Below, in pieces: positions 36,626 to 48,930 of a DNA stretch of 64,000 bases (its first letter is position 1; each line of letters begins with the position of its first letter). The notes under the pieces were generated by a model that ran no database searches, was not told where the DNA came from, and worked only from the letters and a program-made list of their open reading frames with translations. The position numbers and the translations under genes are program-made. Origin of the DNA: Camelus ferus (Eukaryota). Location: contig NC_045713.1 in NCBI RefSeq assembly GCF_009834535.1, positions 34,534,001 to 34,598,000 of the forward strand. Direction: 5' to 3'.

Positions 36626-37329
36626 CGACATTTGGAGGAGGGGTCCTTGTATTGGTCAGCGGCACTGGGAAACTGGGCAAGAACGAGTTCAGCCTTGATA
36701 GCGTGATTTGAAAAGCATTTTCCATGTTTGTCCCGCGTCCTACCCAGTCTGCTGGGATGCCTCCAGTCCATCTGCTATCAGAGCTTTTCTACTGGGTTAA
36801 CCTCCGCTTTCCTCATCAGCTCCTCTTTTAGAAGCTCCGCACACCAGCTCCTCATCACGGAGGGCTTTGCTCACGTGACGGTTCTGGGTGCCTGCTGAGG
36901 GGGGCCGAGGACAGACTGGGATCCTGGGAGGATGATGCTACAGAAATGTGTGGGAGAGATGCTGTTCTTTGCAGATCCACAGGCTCTTCTTTTTGCTGCA
37001 AGTTAGAACCATCCACCATCATTAGCAAAGGGCAGTTACCTGGGCCTTTTTAATGAGTCCTGTGCCCAGGCTACAAGGAGAAAAGGGGAAATTCATCATG
37101 TTGTCCCACAAGCATGACTACTCCACCTGCACCATCTATATGATGTTTATTTAAAATGATTTGCTCAAGGCATGCCCTGAATCCCTTTCCTTAGGGAGAT
37201 AGCTAGGAGCTGGGTGGGGACAATCCGGGCACTTGAGGAGCAGAAAGAAATTGGACTGGCAAGCCGAGAAGCCGCCTGAGCCCGGAGCTGGCTGTGGCTC
37301 GTGGATGGACAGCTGTTGTTTTTGTCCGT

Positions 37330-37868
37330 TCAGGACATCCTTGGGGAAATACTTCTCTTCCACTCTGACCCTGTGATTGGGGTGGGGCTGCCAATCACAG
37401 GTTTCTACCCAATCACCTAGCCACAGGGGTGGGCCTATGAGCCCCACTCAGCCAATCACAGCACCTTGTTTGCCCGGCCCCAGTGATAGGTCCAGGGCTG
37501 GGCATGTGACCCAAGCTTGCTTGTTGGAACCATCTCCTTTGGCAAAGGGTGTAGATACTTTTCTGTTGTGCAGCTTAAGGGACAAGAAGCAGGGACTTCT
37601 AGGGCCTTCTTTTTCTGTCACATGGTGTCAGCTGTCCATAGGGGAGAATAGAATCAAACCGGGACCAGCAGAAATGCAGAAAAAGGGGACCTAGGGTGTC
37701 GAGGCTCCGGTTCCCGTTCGTGAGTCTCCGACGGCTGTTTTCATTCTTGTCCTTTGGGCTTTAATTCTGCTGTCTTCTGCAGTTTCATGGTCCAGGAGGC
37801 TCCCCTCCTGATTAAACTTCTTTGAGTTGGGCTACTGTTACTTCCAAGTGAACGAATCTGACTAACAG
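37330..37868 (+). mobile_element. LTR16-like ERVL LTR
   Basis: cagccaatcacagcac...gggctgggcatgtgacccaagc...ttgggctactgttacttcc...ctgactaaca. Confidence 0.6.
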
Positions 37869-38579
37869 ATATGAACAGCAAAAATCGTATTTTGAGAACA
37901 TTTCCTCCTAAGGAGCTGGCACCTTACATGCTCTGTATCGGGTGCTGGGTTGGGACTTAGACTATGCACCTATGTGTCTGAACTTGAAGTCGGTCAGCGA
38001 GCCCCCTTTTTCCCATTTAGAGGTTGAGGAGACAGAGGTCCATCACAGGAGAGAGCCACGCTCTGATTCCACAGCAAATCAGTGGCAGAACCGGGGCTAG
38101 AGAGGACCTGGGTCTCCCGGTTCTCAGCCTGGTACTTCCCATCGGGGTTGGAGCGGCGTGAAGTTTCTGGGCAAAGCGGCAGAAGAGACCAACTCAATAC
38201 AGAGGCACCAGATCAAGTCTCCAACACTTGACCTCGGGTCAGCCATACCTTCTTTTGGCTCCAACTCTAATTTTCCATCCTTTTGACTTTCCAAGACCAG
38301 ATTTGGGGGGGGGGGGAGTGGTGAATTATTCTTGGTCGGGTTTCATTCTCCAAGACCCAGCCTAGAACTCAACTCTCAGCACCCTGGCAGCCAGACCCCA
38401 AGCCAGCTCCACCAAAGGCCCAGCTGTTTCCATGAGCAGTGAGAGTTTCAAAGCTTCATACCCTCTGGAACCACCAACGGGTCTGGCTGGGGCCAGGTAG
38501 GGAGACACTGCTTCGAAAGTTTCCACTCCCACTTCAACTGGAGCAGCCCTCCCAGCCCCCAATGTCTTTCATTTCATTT

Positions 38580-38880
38580 CATTTTATTATTGTTAATCAA
38601 AACATACAGTCATATATAAACACTAGGTTAGTTTCAGGCATACTGCATAGCGATTTGACATTTGCTTACATTGTAAAATGATACTCACCCTAAGTTTATA
38701 ACCATCTGTCCCCATATAAAGTTAATGCAATATTATTGACCATGTTCCTTATGCTGTGTATTACACCGCCGTGACATTTATTATATAACTGGGGGTTTGT
38801 ACGTCTTAATCTCCTTCACTTAGGGTGCCCAGCCCCGACACTGCTTCCTTCTGGCAACCACTGTTTGTTCTCTGCCATCT
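38580..38880 (-). mobile_element. L1 3' end (L1MA9-like)
   Basis: ggttagtttcaggcatactgcatagcgatttgac...ccttctggcaaccactgtttgttctctg. Confidence 0.75.
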
Positions 38881-39999
38881 CCCAATTTCCAAGTTTCTTA
38901 TATTGCAGTTTAATACACAATTTTGTTTGAAAATAGGTCCTCTTAAAAGAAAAAAAAAAACCCTTAAAACCATTAATCTGATGAACTGAAGTCAACCACT
39001 ACTAGTCTCTGAACAAAAGGTGACATGTGACAGGTCAAATAAATCAACGGGAAAGAAATTCCAACCAACTCTTTCATGAAAAAGGCCCAGAAGGGCCTCT
39101 TTTTCCCCTTATCGATGGGAAAAAAAAATCACATTTACTTTACGATAACCCATGTTTTGCCAAATACTATAAATCAAATGTAGGATGCAAAGACAGCATC
39201 TTGGACAAACGACCCCGTGCCCATGTGTTAACTGAGAAATGTAACATGGCTTCAATCACTTGTTCACTCAGTAAAAGCTCACTGAGCGCCCAAGCCCCGG
39301 GCTCACTGTGTGAAGTGCTGGGAGCACTGGGTGAACAAGACCACTGATCTTCCTCCCAGGGAGATTGTAGAAGTTTATTCTTCCCTTGCAAGCAAACCCT
39401 TTTTTCTTTTCTTTCTTCCTTCTTTTTTTTTTTGAGGACTCATATTTGAACCAAGAATGGGGAGATTGGCTACATGGTCAGACTGGAAAAAAGGTTTTGG
39501 CAAACGTGTCTGGGGCCCACCCATCTTTCCGAACATAGAGTCACCTTCTCCAACCTATTTTGTTCCAGCTTCAAAGTCGCATCTGGGTCTCAGTGCTTAT
39601 CTTTGCCTTTAGAATTTTGAAAGGTGAAGTAAAGGCATTTCTGCAACTCAGCACCTGGGGATTCTCAATCCTTGGCCATGGCCTTCAGGAGTCTCTCTAT
39701 AACCATTGTAATGACGCCAACTGAAGGTTGGAGAACCAGTCCTTCTGCTGATTCATGACCGTCTCACTGGGGGATGGGAAACCTTGGTGCTAGTTCTTGG
39801 TTCGATATGATGCTATCTCAGTGGCTTCACCCGTCTGAGTCTCTGTATCTTTACCTATGGAATGAAGGGGCTGAAATTTGGACTTTCCCAGAGGACCATC
39901 TGAGCCTCCATTTCTGGATGAATTAGTGAAGGTAAAGCTAGCCGCTGTAATTGGCACGTTTTTGCTGGCATAACACAATGCATGTCTTTCTTTTCACAT

Positions 40000-40350
40000 C
40001 ATAGTCAAGTAGGAGTGGTTGTCCATGTGGCCATCTGGGGCACAGCTCCTCCCATATTGTGACTCTGCCCTCTTTTAAGTTGGGGGAGGCTTCCAAGGAG
40101 AGCAGTAGAAAAGATAAGTTAATGAATGCCCCAGATGAAGATGATTTAAAGCATATGAGCTAGTAAATGGGGAGAGAGAGAGAGAGAAAGGGGGCTCTTG
40201 TGGGAGGCTTTATGGCCAGCCCTAGAAGTGCCTTACATCCATTCCACCCACATTCCATTGGCCAGGAGTTGGTCACCTAAGAGTGAGGAAGTGTGGGAAA
40301 TATAATCTAGCCATGCAGTGAAGAGGAAAGGAAAACAGGTTTGCTGCACA
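40000..40350 (-). mobile_element. MLT1J/K-like MaLR LTR fragment
   Basis: ccagccctagaagtgcc...cacattccattggccagga...gggaaatataatctagcc. Confidence 0.55.
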
Positions 40351-40630
40351 ACCAGTCAGCTGGGTATAGAAAATGTTTGCCACTTGAGATGGCAGTCTTC
40401 CTCACTACCCTGTACTTAACAAGGGGTTTAAAACCACGCACTTCTGCCTTAACCAGGGGCATCTTTTACAGGAGGGAGTTGCGATAATCTGATTGAGAGA
40501 GACGACAGCAGGGTTGATTAGGGAGTGTGTGCACACATCAGGTTTCCCAGGAGAGGCCCAGTTTATGCCCGTGGTCTCAGCACGAGGACAGTGCCGAGCA
40601 GAGGGGAGATGCACGGTATCACCGAAAAGC

Positions 40631-40672
40631 CATACACCCACTCTTCCATAAAGATGGCATTTTTTTTTTAAT
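40631..40672 (-). promoter_or_regulatory. Putative distal polyadenylation signal ATTAAA with GU-rich downstream element
   Basis: Plus-strand tttaat at 40667-40672 reads ATTAAA on the mRNA strand. Plus catacaccca at 40631-40640 reads UGGGUGUAUG downstream. Confidence 0.55.
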
Positions 40673-43600
40673 TTTAAAATTCTGCATCTGAAAACACAGT
40701 ATGACAGAAAGCATGTATCTACACCTGCAGTGTTTTTGGTATGATACAGTATTTCATACATCCACTGTTTTCTGCAAAAATTTTTGCTTTGTCAGACAGA
40801 AACAGACTCCCCTAGACAAAAAAATACAGCTAAGGCACAATTTCGTTGTTGTTTTTCTGCTAAATGAAAAGACAGAAAAGGTGCAAAAATGGGCGCGTAG
40901 TGCAATAGTTTCGAGAATCACATTCTACCGCGAGGAAAAGCATTCGGATGATGGGAACTTTGATTACTGGTCAATTTCAGATAGTTCAATATCTCTTAAA
41001 ATACTCCTTTAAATAAATAGCAAAATATCTACATCTTTCAGTGTGTGCCGTTTGAATTCTCTTTTTTTTTCTAAAACTTTATTTACAGATTCTCTTTTTT
41101 AAAATCAATACATTACAAAATAGTTCTGTACAGTTTTATGCATATTATGATCTATAACAAAATAGTTATTTTTAAAAACTATATCACCACGTGTCTCTGA
41201 AAAACAACAAAGGGGACGGTAATAACTTACTGTGAGGCCTCTAAAAAAAAATATCCAAACGCTACTGACAACATAATAATGTAAGAAAAAAAGATGAAAG
41301 GGCGACAAAGACGACTGCGCTCAATTCCAGTGAATTTCCTATGAAAGCCCTGGGGTTATCTTTGGCCTCCATCAGCCCTGGAGCGATGGCAGGGTAAAGG
41401 AGGGACTCTGAGAGTAGGGAGAGTGAGAACACGGCCCATCTGCTGGGAATATTTAATGCTATCACTTTCCAGGTAGGAAGGACGGAGAGAGAAATTGAGA
41501 AACTCTCCTGATTCACCCTTGAAGGAAGTATAGAAAGTCACCAAGTCTTCGGGGGAGGGGAGGGATGGAAAGCCCACGTTAGCACTCGGCCTGTAACGAA
41601 GCCAGACCATGATGGCGGCGACGGGCTCTAGGAGAGCGCCTGGGAGTCGGCTGAGTTTTCGATGAGCACCCAAGCCTTCATTTCACCCGTAGGAAACATA
41701 TAAGAGTATTTTTCTTAAAGACGACACGTGTAAGCCATTTCTGTCGCATCTGCAAACTTCAGATCGGCAGCTCCCCTCTTAGGAAGGTGCCCTGAAAGCT
41801 TCAAGATGCTCTGTCTTCTCGGATGTTGGTGGAAATGGGAGGGAGAGGGCGGTCAGCTTTCCGAAAACAATTTTAAGGCCACATTTCAAAAAAGGAGAAA
41901 CCTAAGGCTTTATTTGGGTGGGGAGGGAGGGATAAGGGAGTCAGAGGAGGATGAGCAATGGAGAGGATGCGGTTAGGAATGGGGGTGGCAAATGCAGACT
42001 TGCTTTCCTGTAGGCAGAGGCAGTTGGAGGGTTCCCAGCCAAGAGGAGGGGGAAGGGAGGGCCACTTTCTCCCTGCTTGGGGCTTGGCAAGAACAGAACC
42101 AAAGACAACGGGAGGGGCAGACACAGGTGGCGCATGAAAGCCCTCCTCAGTCTTAAGAGGGATCTATACAGTATCTTGTTTGCAAGGTAAAAAAAAATTA
42201 TACTTCTGAGAGAGAGACAGAAAGACAGAGAGGCAGAGAGAGAGAAAGACAGAGAATTTGCATAGACTGTACATTCAGCTCAAGCAGATTTTGGACACCT
42301 TTATCCCACCCCCCCACCCCAGGTAAACATCTCAGCAGACACATGAGGTAGCGCCGGTGGTAGACCCATGGGCAAAGTAAGGAAAGTGAGGCAGAAGCGA
42401 AGAGGACAGCCCGCGAGCACGGCTTCCGAAGATGCTTCCAGGCACGTGGCAAGATGGCTGCTAAAACCTGGCATTTGGAGAAAGCTGGGCTGCTGGACAC
42501 GCCACCCCCTCCCCTTGGACCCTGTCCTGGAGGTCGTCTCCTGCCACGATGGAATTCTGGAAGGTGGGGACTGGGCTGATGTGGACCTTCTTATGTCTAA
42601 GGGGCAGCTCCCGAGGTCTCCAAATTCTCCTCTGTCTTCCCTCCCACACACACTGTCTCGTGACCAGAAGAGCTGAACAAGCCAGCTTTCATGGGGTACC
42701 TCTCCTCTGGGAGACCGTTTCTTTGAGATGGGAATGATTAGTAAGAGGTCTCCCTTCCCTTCTGAGTGCAGTAGAAGTTACTGTTTTTGTCCCTTCTTAA
42801 TGCCGGCTTTTCCCTCCTCCACCAGGACAACAACTAATCTTTTAAACCAACTCGCCTGAGAGCAGAGGTTGCTGGCAGTGCATGGACTAAACTGTGAAGT
42901 TTCTCTTTGCCTATATTCTGTTAAAAACAAAACAAGACAAACAGAAAAATTGACAACATTTACAAATCAGATATCCTATTAAAAGATGGATTTTGGGCTT
43001 CTCTTACCAGAAGATTCCACGGCACTGCGCCTGTATTCTCACATGCAATGACAGGCTGGAGCTGAGAAGCAGCTGCATTTTTCGTCTGGGTCATGAGCAC
43101 GCCGGAGACCACAGTCCCCACTGCTCCCTATTGTCCTCTACCAACTGCTTCCCTCATCTGTGCTAGTGTCCTGGACCCCATAGACATTTGTGACCCCAGC
43201 CACTGGGTGTGGCTTCAATCTGGTGGGCCTTTACCAAGAGCTGTTTCTAGCCTATCACCCTTGGGTGCTGCTGGGGGAGCTTGTGTCCTGAGTCCCCTGT
43301 GAACTTGGCTGTAAATGGGGTCTTTGCTCCAGCACCACACCTAACAGCTACTGCTCACCTCTCCTCTGTGCCTTTTTGGCAAAGAGATCAAGGTTCCAGC
43401 CAGGGTCCTCCTTGTCCCTGCAAACTGGAGAACCAGACGGCCCACCCCACCCGGCGTCAGCCCAGGGGAGCTGTGATCTGCTTTTTATTGGTGGGGCTTG
43501 CACGTCTTTTCTAAACTCCAATTGCATTTTAAAAGTTAAACTAACAATGGCAAATGAAGTCAGAATGACTCCTGATCGGATTAGAACAGACTTTTTCAAA

Positions 43601-46600
43601 AGGGTGAAGTGTGTGCACATCTTAAATTGTGACGGTCCTAGGAACTGGTCTCGTCTTCCTTAGGGACCTGCGGCCTTGCACGTGGCCCGGGAAGCGGGGC
43701 TTGGGAAGGTGGCCTCCCGAGCGTGATTTGTGCCTGGATGTCACAGGGGTGGATGGGAAATTGTACAGAGTGTCGCAGCCTATTCAGCACACTCTTCTCT
43801 CCCCAGACTGACCCCCACACCCTGCCCCTAAGCCCTCCTGAGGTCCCAGGGACCTGGTCAGGGACTCAGCCCACCGCCACTCTGCTTCTGTAACAGGTTT
43901 CCAGACACCACGTTCTCAGGCTTTTAAAACCCTCAGGCAACCACAGTTCAAGGCTGCCTGACCACTGGCCTCTAACTAATAGATTATTCTCAGGTACATT
44001 AAAAATGTGAGTTAAACTGTTTCCCCTGGGTAAACATCACCGCTGCTCAAATCATCCTGGGCTTTGTTGGGCTCCCCCCGCCCATTTTTAAACCAAATGT
44101 GCATCTTCAAAGTTATTCTCTGCTTCAAAAACAGACGACACCGAGGAACATCCCATGTGGCTATTCACTTCCCAGTCTCCTTGCGGTGAGTGGGGGAAGC
44201 GACGCCCAGGCCAGGGGAGGGGACCATCCCCGCAGTAAGCCTGCCCTGCCGTTTCTCCACTGTTCCCGGATGGAACAGGAGTCAGCAATGTCAGGGGGCG
44301 GGGGCCAGCGAGGAGCCTGCAGGCTCACAACACACACGGGGACGTGCCAGCACTGAGACCCCAAAGCCACTTCAGATGACACCGTGGCAAACGCAGAGTC
44401 CTCAGGGCTCAGCGAGGAGGGTGGAAGGGGGCTCCCCAGGCAGCTGCCACAGGCTCACGGGGACCCGGGCCAGAAGCAGAGGCTGGGGGCAGGAGGCTGA
44501 GTCACAGGCCTCTCCATCCCCACAAAGCCTGTAAAACCACGTGGAGATCACGTGGGCTTCCTGAGAAAGCCACAATGAGGCCCCTGGAAGTGCCGGGCTC
44601 ACTCCTGGGCTGACCTGGCCGGGTCTGACCACCCACCCTCTTCCTAAAACAGATTTCTTCTCCTCCAGGCCTTGGAAGGAGGCTGCTCTCCCTCAGTCCT
44701 CTTGTCATGTCCATGGAGGCCCACGGTTAGACCGGCGGCGGGAGGGCAGCGATGGAGGGAGCGGGGACCCCGAGCTCTGCAGCCGGCACTGTCTCCCTCC
44801 ACAAGTGGTCGGCTTGTTGTGTCCCTGTCCCTGTGCTGGGGGCAGGCAGTGGGGATGGCTCAGGACCTCCAGCACCTCGAGACCTGGAGGGCTAGGTGGG
44901 GCTCACGCCCTGCACGAGGAAAAGCGAGGCACCAATGTTCCCAAGGGCACCCTCCCTTCCGGCCAGTGGAGGGCGCTGGTTGAAGCCTTCTCCTCTTGGT
45001 GTCCAACACCCCTGCTTTCCACTGAGGACACGCAGAATGTAGGGCGGACAGAGAGAGACAGAGACAGAGAGATACAGAGCAACGGACAGAGCGAGAGAAA
45101 GACAGAAAGAGACAGACACGACGGACTGGGGGACGAGGGCGGAGGGAGCTGAAAGGCGGGGCAAGGGGGGCCTTTTGTGAATAAAGGCAGCTTCAGTTAG
45201 TAAGATAACATAATTGACAAGCTGCAAAAACAGCACCTACTAATTAGTCATTGACTAAAACATATAAATAATAAATATCTGAAGTGTCCCTTCTCTATAT
45301 CCTCCATGGCCCACAGGACATCCTGCCTTGCTGGGCGGGTGGGGTGCGTCGGGGCCAACAGCTGACAGGGCACTGGGAGCAGACAGTGGTCCCTTCAAAC
45401 CTGCAAGGACCTGCTCTCCACGGGAAGGACAGCGTGTGACCAGGGCTGGGACTTTTCCAAGGGAATCCTGTCCTCTGGGGGAGGGTGGGATGGGTGGAGA
45501 AGGAGGCCCCCAGGGAGGGGCTCTCTGGGTGAGCAGGGAGGCCCTCCGATGGCACATGGCAAGGAAACCCTTTGGGTTTTGAGTAACTCAAGCAATCGGA
45601 ATAACACTGTCTTTTAGGTTTTAAACAACCGGATGCTTAAGCGTCCCACTTGGACGCCCCATGTCAGATGGGCCTGTTGGCACCTCGGATAAGGAAGGGC
45701 TGAACTTAAAAACCAAATCTGAAATGCTTTTTCCTGGCTGTGGAGTCTGTTCCATGTGGTCTGGTCGCTCCCAGCAGCACCAAGTGCGCGATTCTCAAAG
45801 GCTCGGCGCGCCTGGCCTCAGAACGCAGGGCTCAGGCGGGTGACGACTGCTGTGCTGTCCAGCTCAGGAGTTCTGCTCCCAGCCATCTCTATGAGTTTCA
45901 CGGTCATGGTCCCCAAAGTTCCCACTGTCAAGGACCAGAGGGGCCATGGTCTTGGTCTCCCGGCCCAGGAATGGCTGGGGGGCTTGACACTCCTGATCAA
46001 AAGCATCACTGCGTTTCTACCTCGAAGGAGGGGGTGGCCTGGAGCCCAGGACGTCTGGCAGTCACACTTGGAGTGGACCTTGGCCATGGCACATCAGAAG
46101 GCTCTCCTGCTCATCTAGTTACTAAGGAGGAGGATGACTGAGCCCAAGAAGAGCTGGTGGGAAGCCTGGGACCGCCCCACATCCTGGCCTCTCCGCCGGA
46201 GCCCGCTCCCTCCCTGCGGATGGGTCCACGAGCGTGACTTTCACCACCTGTCATTTCAGGGCTGGCACGAGGGCTTGCCCGCCCAGAGGAGCAGGAAAGT
46301 GAGCCGAAGGGCAGGGCTGGAGATCAAGCCCGGCGTCTGGGCAGTGCTTCGCAAACTAGGTTTTTGCAGAGCCCTTGGGTTCTAAAGAGGTACCTTAGGA
46401 GACGCCCTTGGCAAGGAGACCACCGTGTGGGCTGAGCTCTGAGGAAGAACCTCCCGCTCAGCTTCAGCCAGAGCAGCCTGAATTTTATCTGCACCTTGAA
46501 CTTCCGCCCGTGCCTTAGTAAACAAAGCTCTGCTGCTCAAAATTAAAGTTTGTGAATCACTCGTCTGGGGGGTCGGGTTACGGAAGGGGAAGACAAGGAA

Positions 46601-46869
46601 CCTGTAGGACTTGAGGATCAACCAGAAGAGGTAAGACCACCGCGGTGCTGGGACTGGGCCAGCCACGCCCCCAGTAGCCGGTCTGCCAAATGCAGGTCAT
46701 TGGCAGGACCTGCTTGGCCGCCAAACCCTTCTTCTCCACCATCCTATGACCAGCAGGAGAGCCCCTCTCACAAAAGGCACCCCCGGGGCTAGGAGGCCAG
46801 GGTCCGGGTCCCACTGGCCCCCTGGCTGCTTTCCCTCTGAGATCTGCTGGGGCCCCCACGTGCCCAGTG
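40650..46869 (-). other. XYLT1: XYLT1 long 3'UTR (~6.2 kb; 3' end inferred)
   Basis: Follows the stop codon and is nearly free of interspersed repeats, unlike its flanks. Ends in an AT-rich block with ATTAAA (40672-40667) and a downstream GU-rich tract. The length is similar to the ~6 kb human UTR as I recall it. Confidence 0.7.
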
Positions 46870-47292
<423 letters not shown>

Positions 47293-47399
47293 TCACCGGA
47301 CAATCTCACGAGGAAGTTTTCAGCAGTCCCATTGTACAGACAGAGAAACTGAGCCTGCCTTCCTACAGTTATGAGCCCACTTTGTGCGGGGGGAGGTCC

Positions 47400-48170
47400 A
47401 ATCGTCTATTCATTCAGCACGTTTTTCTGGAGCCCCTTCTATAGTCCAGACACATTCATCCAACACATATTTACTAAACATCTATTATCTGCAAGGCATT
47501 CATTCATTTATTTATTTGATAAAGACTTATTAAGTGCTAGGCTCTATTCTGTGCTGGAGCAAACCAGATGGCAGGAAGAATGCAGTCCAGTGGAGGAGGA
47601 ATGATGACAATAAAAAAAGAAACAGCAAAACAAAAAAACCCAGTAAATAACAGTAAAACAATAAAAAAATAAATAAGGTCGTTCCAAAAACTGATGTGTC
47701 ATGAAGGGAAAAAATGGGGTGTATTAAGTTAGAGCAGGGGTTTCATAAACTCCTGCCCTTGGATCAGATCTGGCCCACCACCTGTTGTTGTAAATAAAGT
47801 TTTATTGGAACATGGCTATGCCCATTTGTATACTTATTTTCTCTGGCTGCTTTTGTGTTACAACAGCACAGCTGAGTAGTTGAGACAGAGATTGTATCTG
47901 GCCCACAAAGCTGAAAAATGTACTATCTGGCCCTTGACAGTAAAAGCTTGCTGACCTCTGGGTTAGAGAGTGACGAGGGTGTTTATGTTAGATAGGGTAG
48001 GCAGGGGAGACCTCTCTGCACAGCTGACATCTGAGCTGAGTGCTGAGCAACGATGTGAAGGAAGAAGCCACATGCAGATCCTGAGGAAGAGAATTCCGGG
48101 GATTGGGAGCAGAGGGCACGGAGCCTCATTAGGCACCTTTCCCCAAATCACACAGGTAATGAGAGAGGGA
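47400..48170 (-). mobile_element. LINE-2 (3' end with attc repeats) split by MER58A
   Basis: cattcattcattt...aagtgctaggc; gagctgagtgctgag...gaagagaattccggg. Confidence 0.65.
47735..47960. mobile_element. MER58A hAT MITE
   Basis: CAGGGG...CCTCTG termini, 8-bp TSD (a/g)gttagag, internal gtaaataaagttttattggaac. Confidence 0.85.
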
Positions 48171-48454
48171 CCCAGGGTTTGCACCTGGCTCTGTGGACCT
48201 CAAAGCCTGGTGAGGAGCCTGGATCTTGGGTGCTGAACGCCCACCGTGAACTCTGTATAAGCCATGGGTTTCTGCTTTGGTCCAAGACATGGTGCGTGAT
48301 GGACCACAGCAAGGAGTCCTTGGAGCAGAGTGGGGTGGGGTGGGGAGCCCAGTGGCTCTCACGACAGCTCTGCCTGGCTGAGCACCAGGGTTTCATGCAA
48401 AAGCACAGGGACGGCAGTCTGGCTGTCTGGGTGTCAACCCCCATGTCCCACATA

Positions 48455-48930
48455 CCAGGTGCGTAACTTCTGACTTCAGAGCCTCAGTTTCCTCGATAAA
48501 ATGGGTGGAGCACTAGTACCTTCCTCAGAGCTTTGTTTGTGATGATTACATGTGCTGACTCACATGAGGCATTACGGGGGCATCTAGCAAGTAGTCAGAA
48601 AAGTTTAGCTAGAGTTATTATTGTTGGTATTATTCGTGCACAATACACACACATGCGCACACACACACACACGCAGTAGGGCTGTTTTATCATCCCCATT
48701 TAACAGATGAGGAAACAGAAGTAACTATAGTTTGGAGACAGATCTGGAGTTAAATCCAGGACTGGCTGACTCCAGCACTTGGCACTGTGACACTCTACTC
48801 ACAGTTTCATTCAGCAGCTGGAACCTAACACAATGGTTTTGTTCTTTATTTTATTTTATTTTAAGTTTTTCCACTGGGCAGTCAATCTTTTGTAGACTTG
48901 GTTTTTCCATCTGAAAAATGGGGATTCTCA
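48455..48930. mobile_element. Cluster of MIR fragments around a (CA)n tract
   Basis: gagcctcagtttcctc; ccccatttaacagatgaggaaacag; ttccatctgaaaaatggg. Confidence 0.6.
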
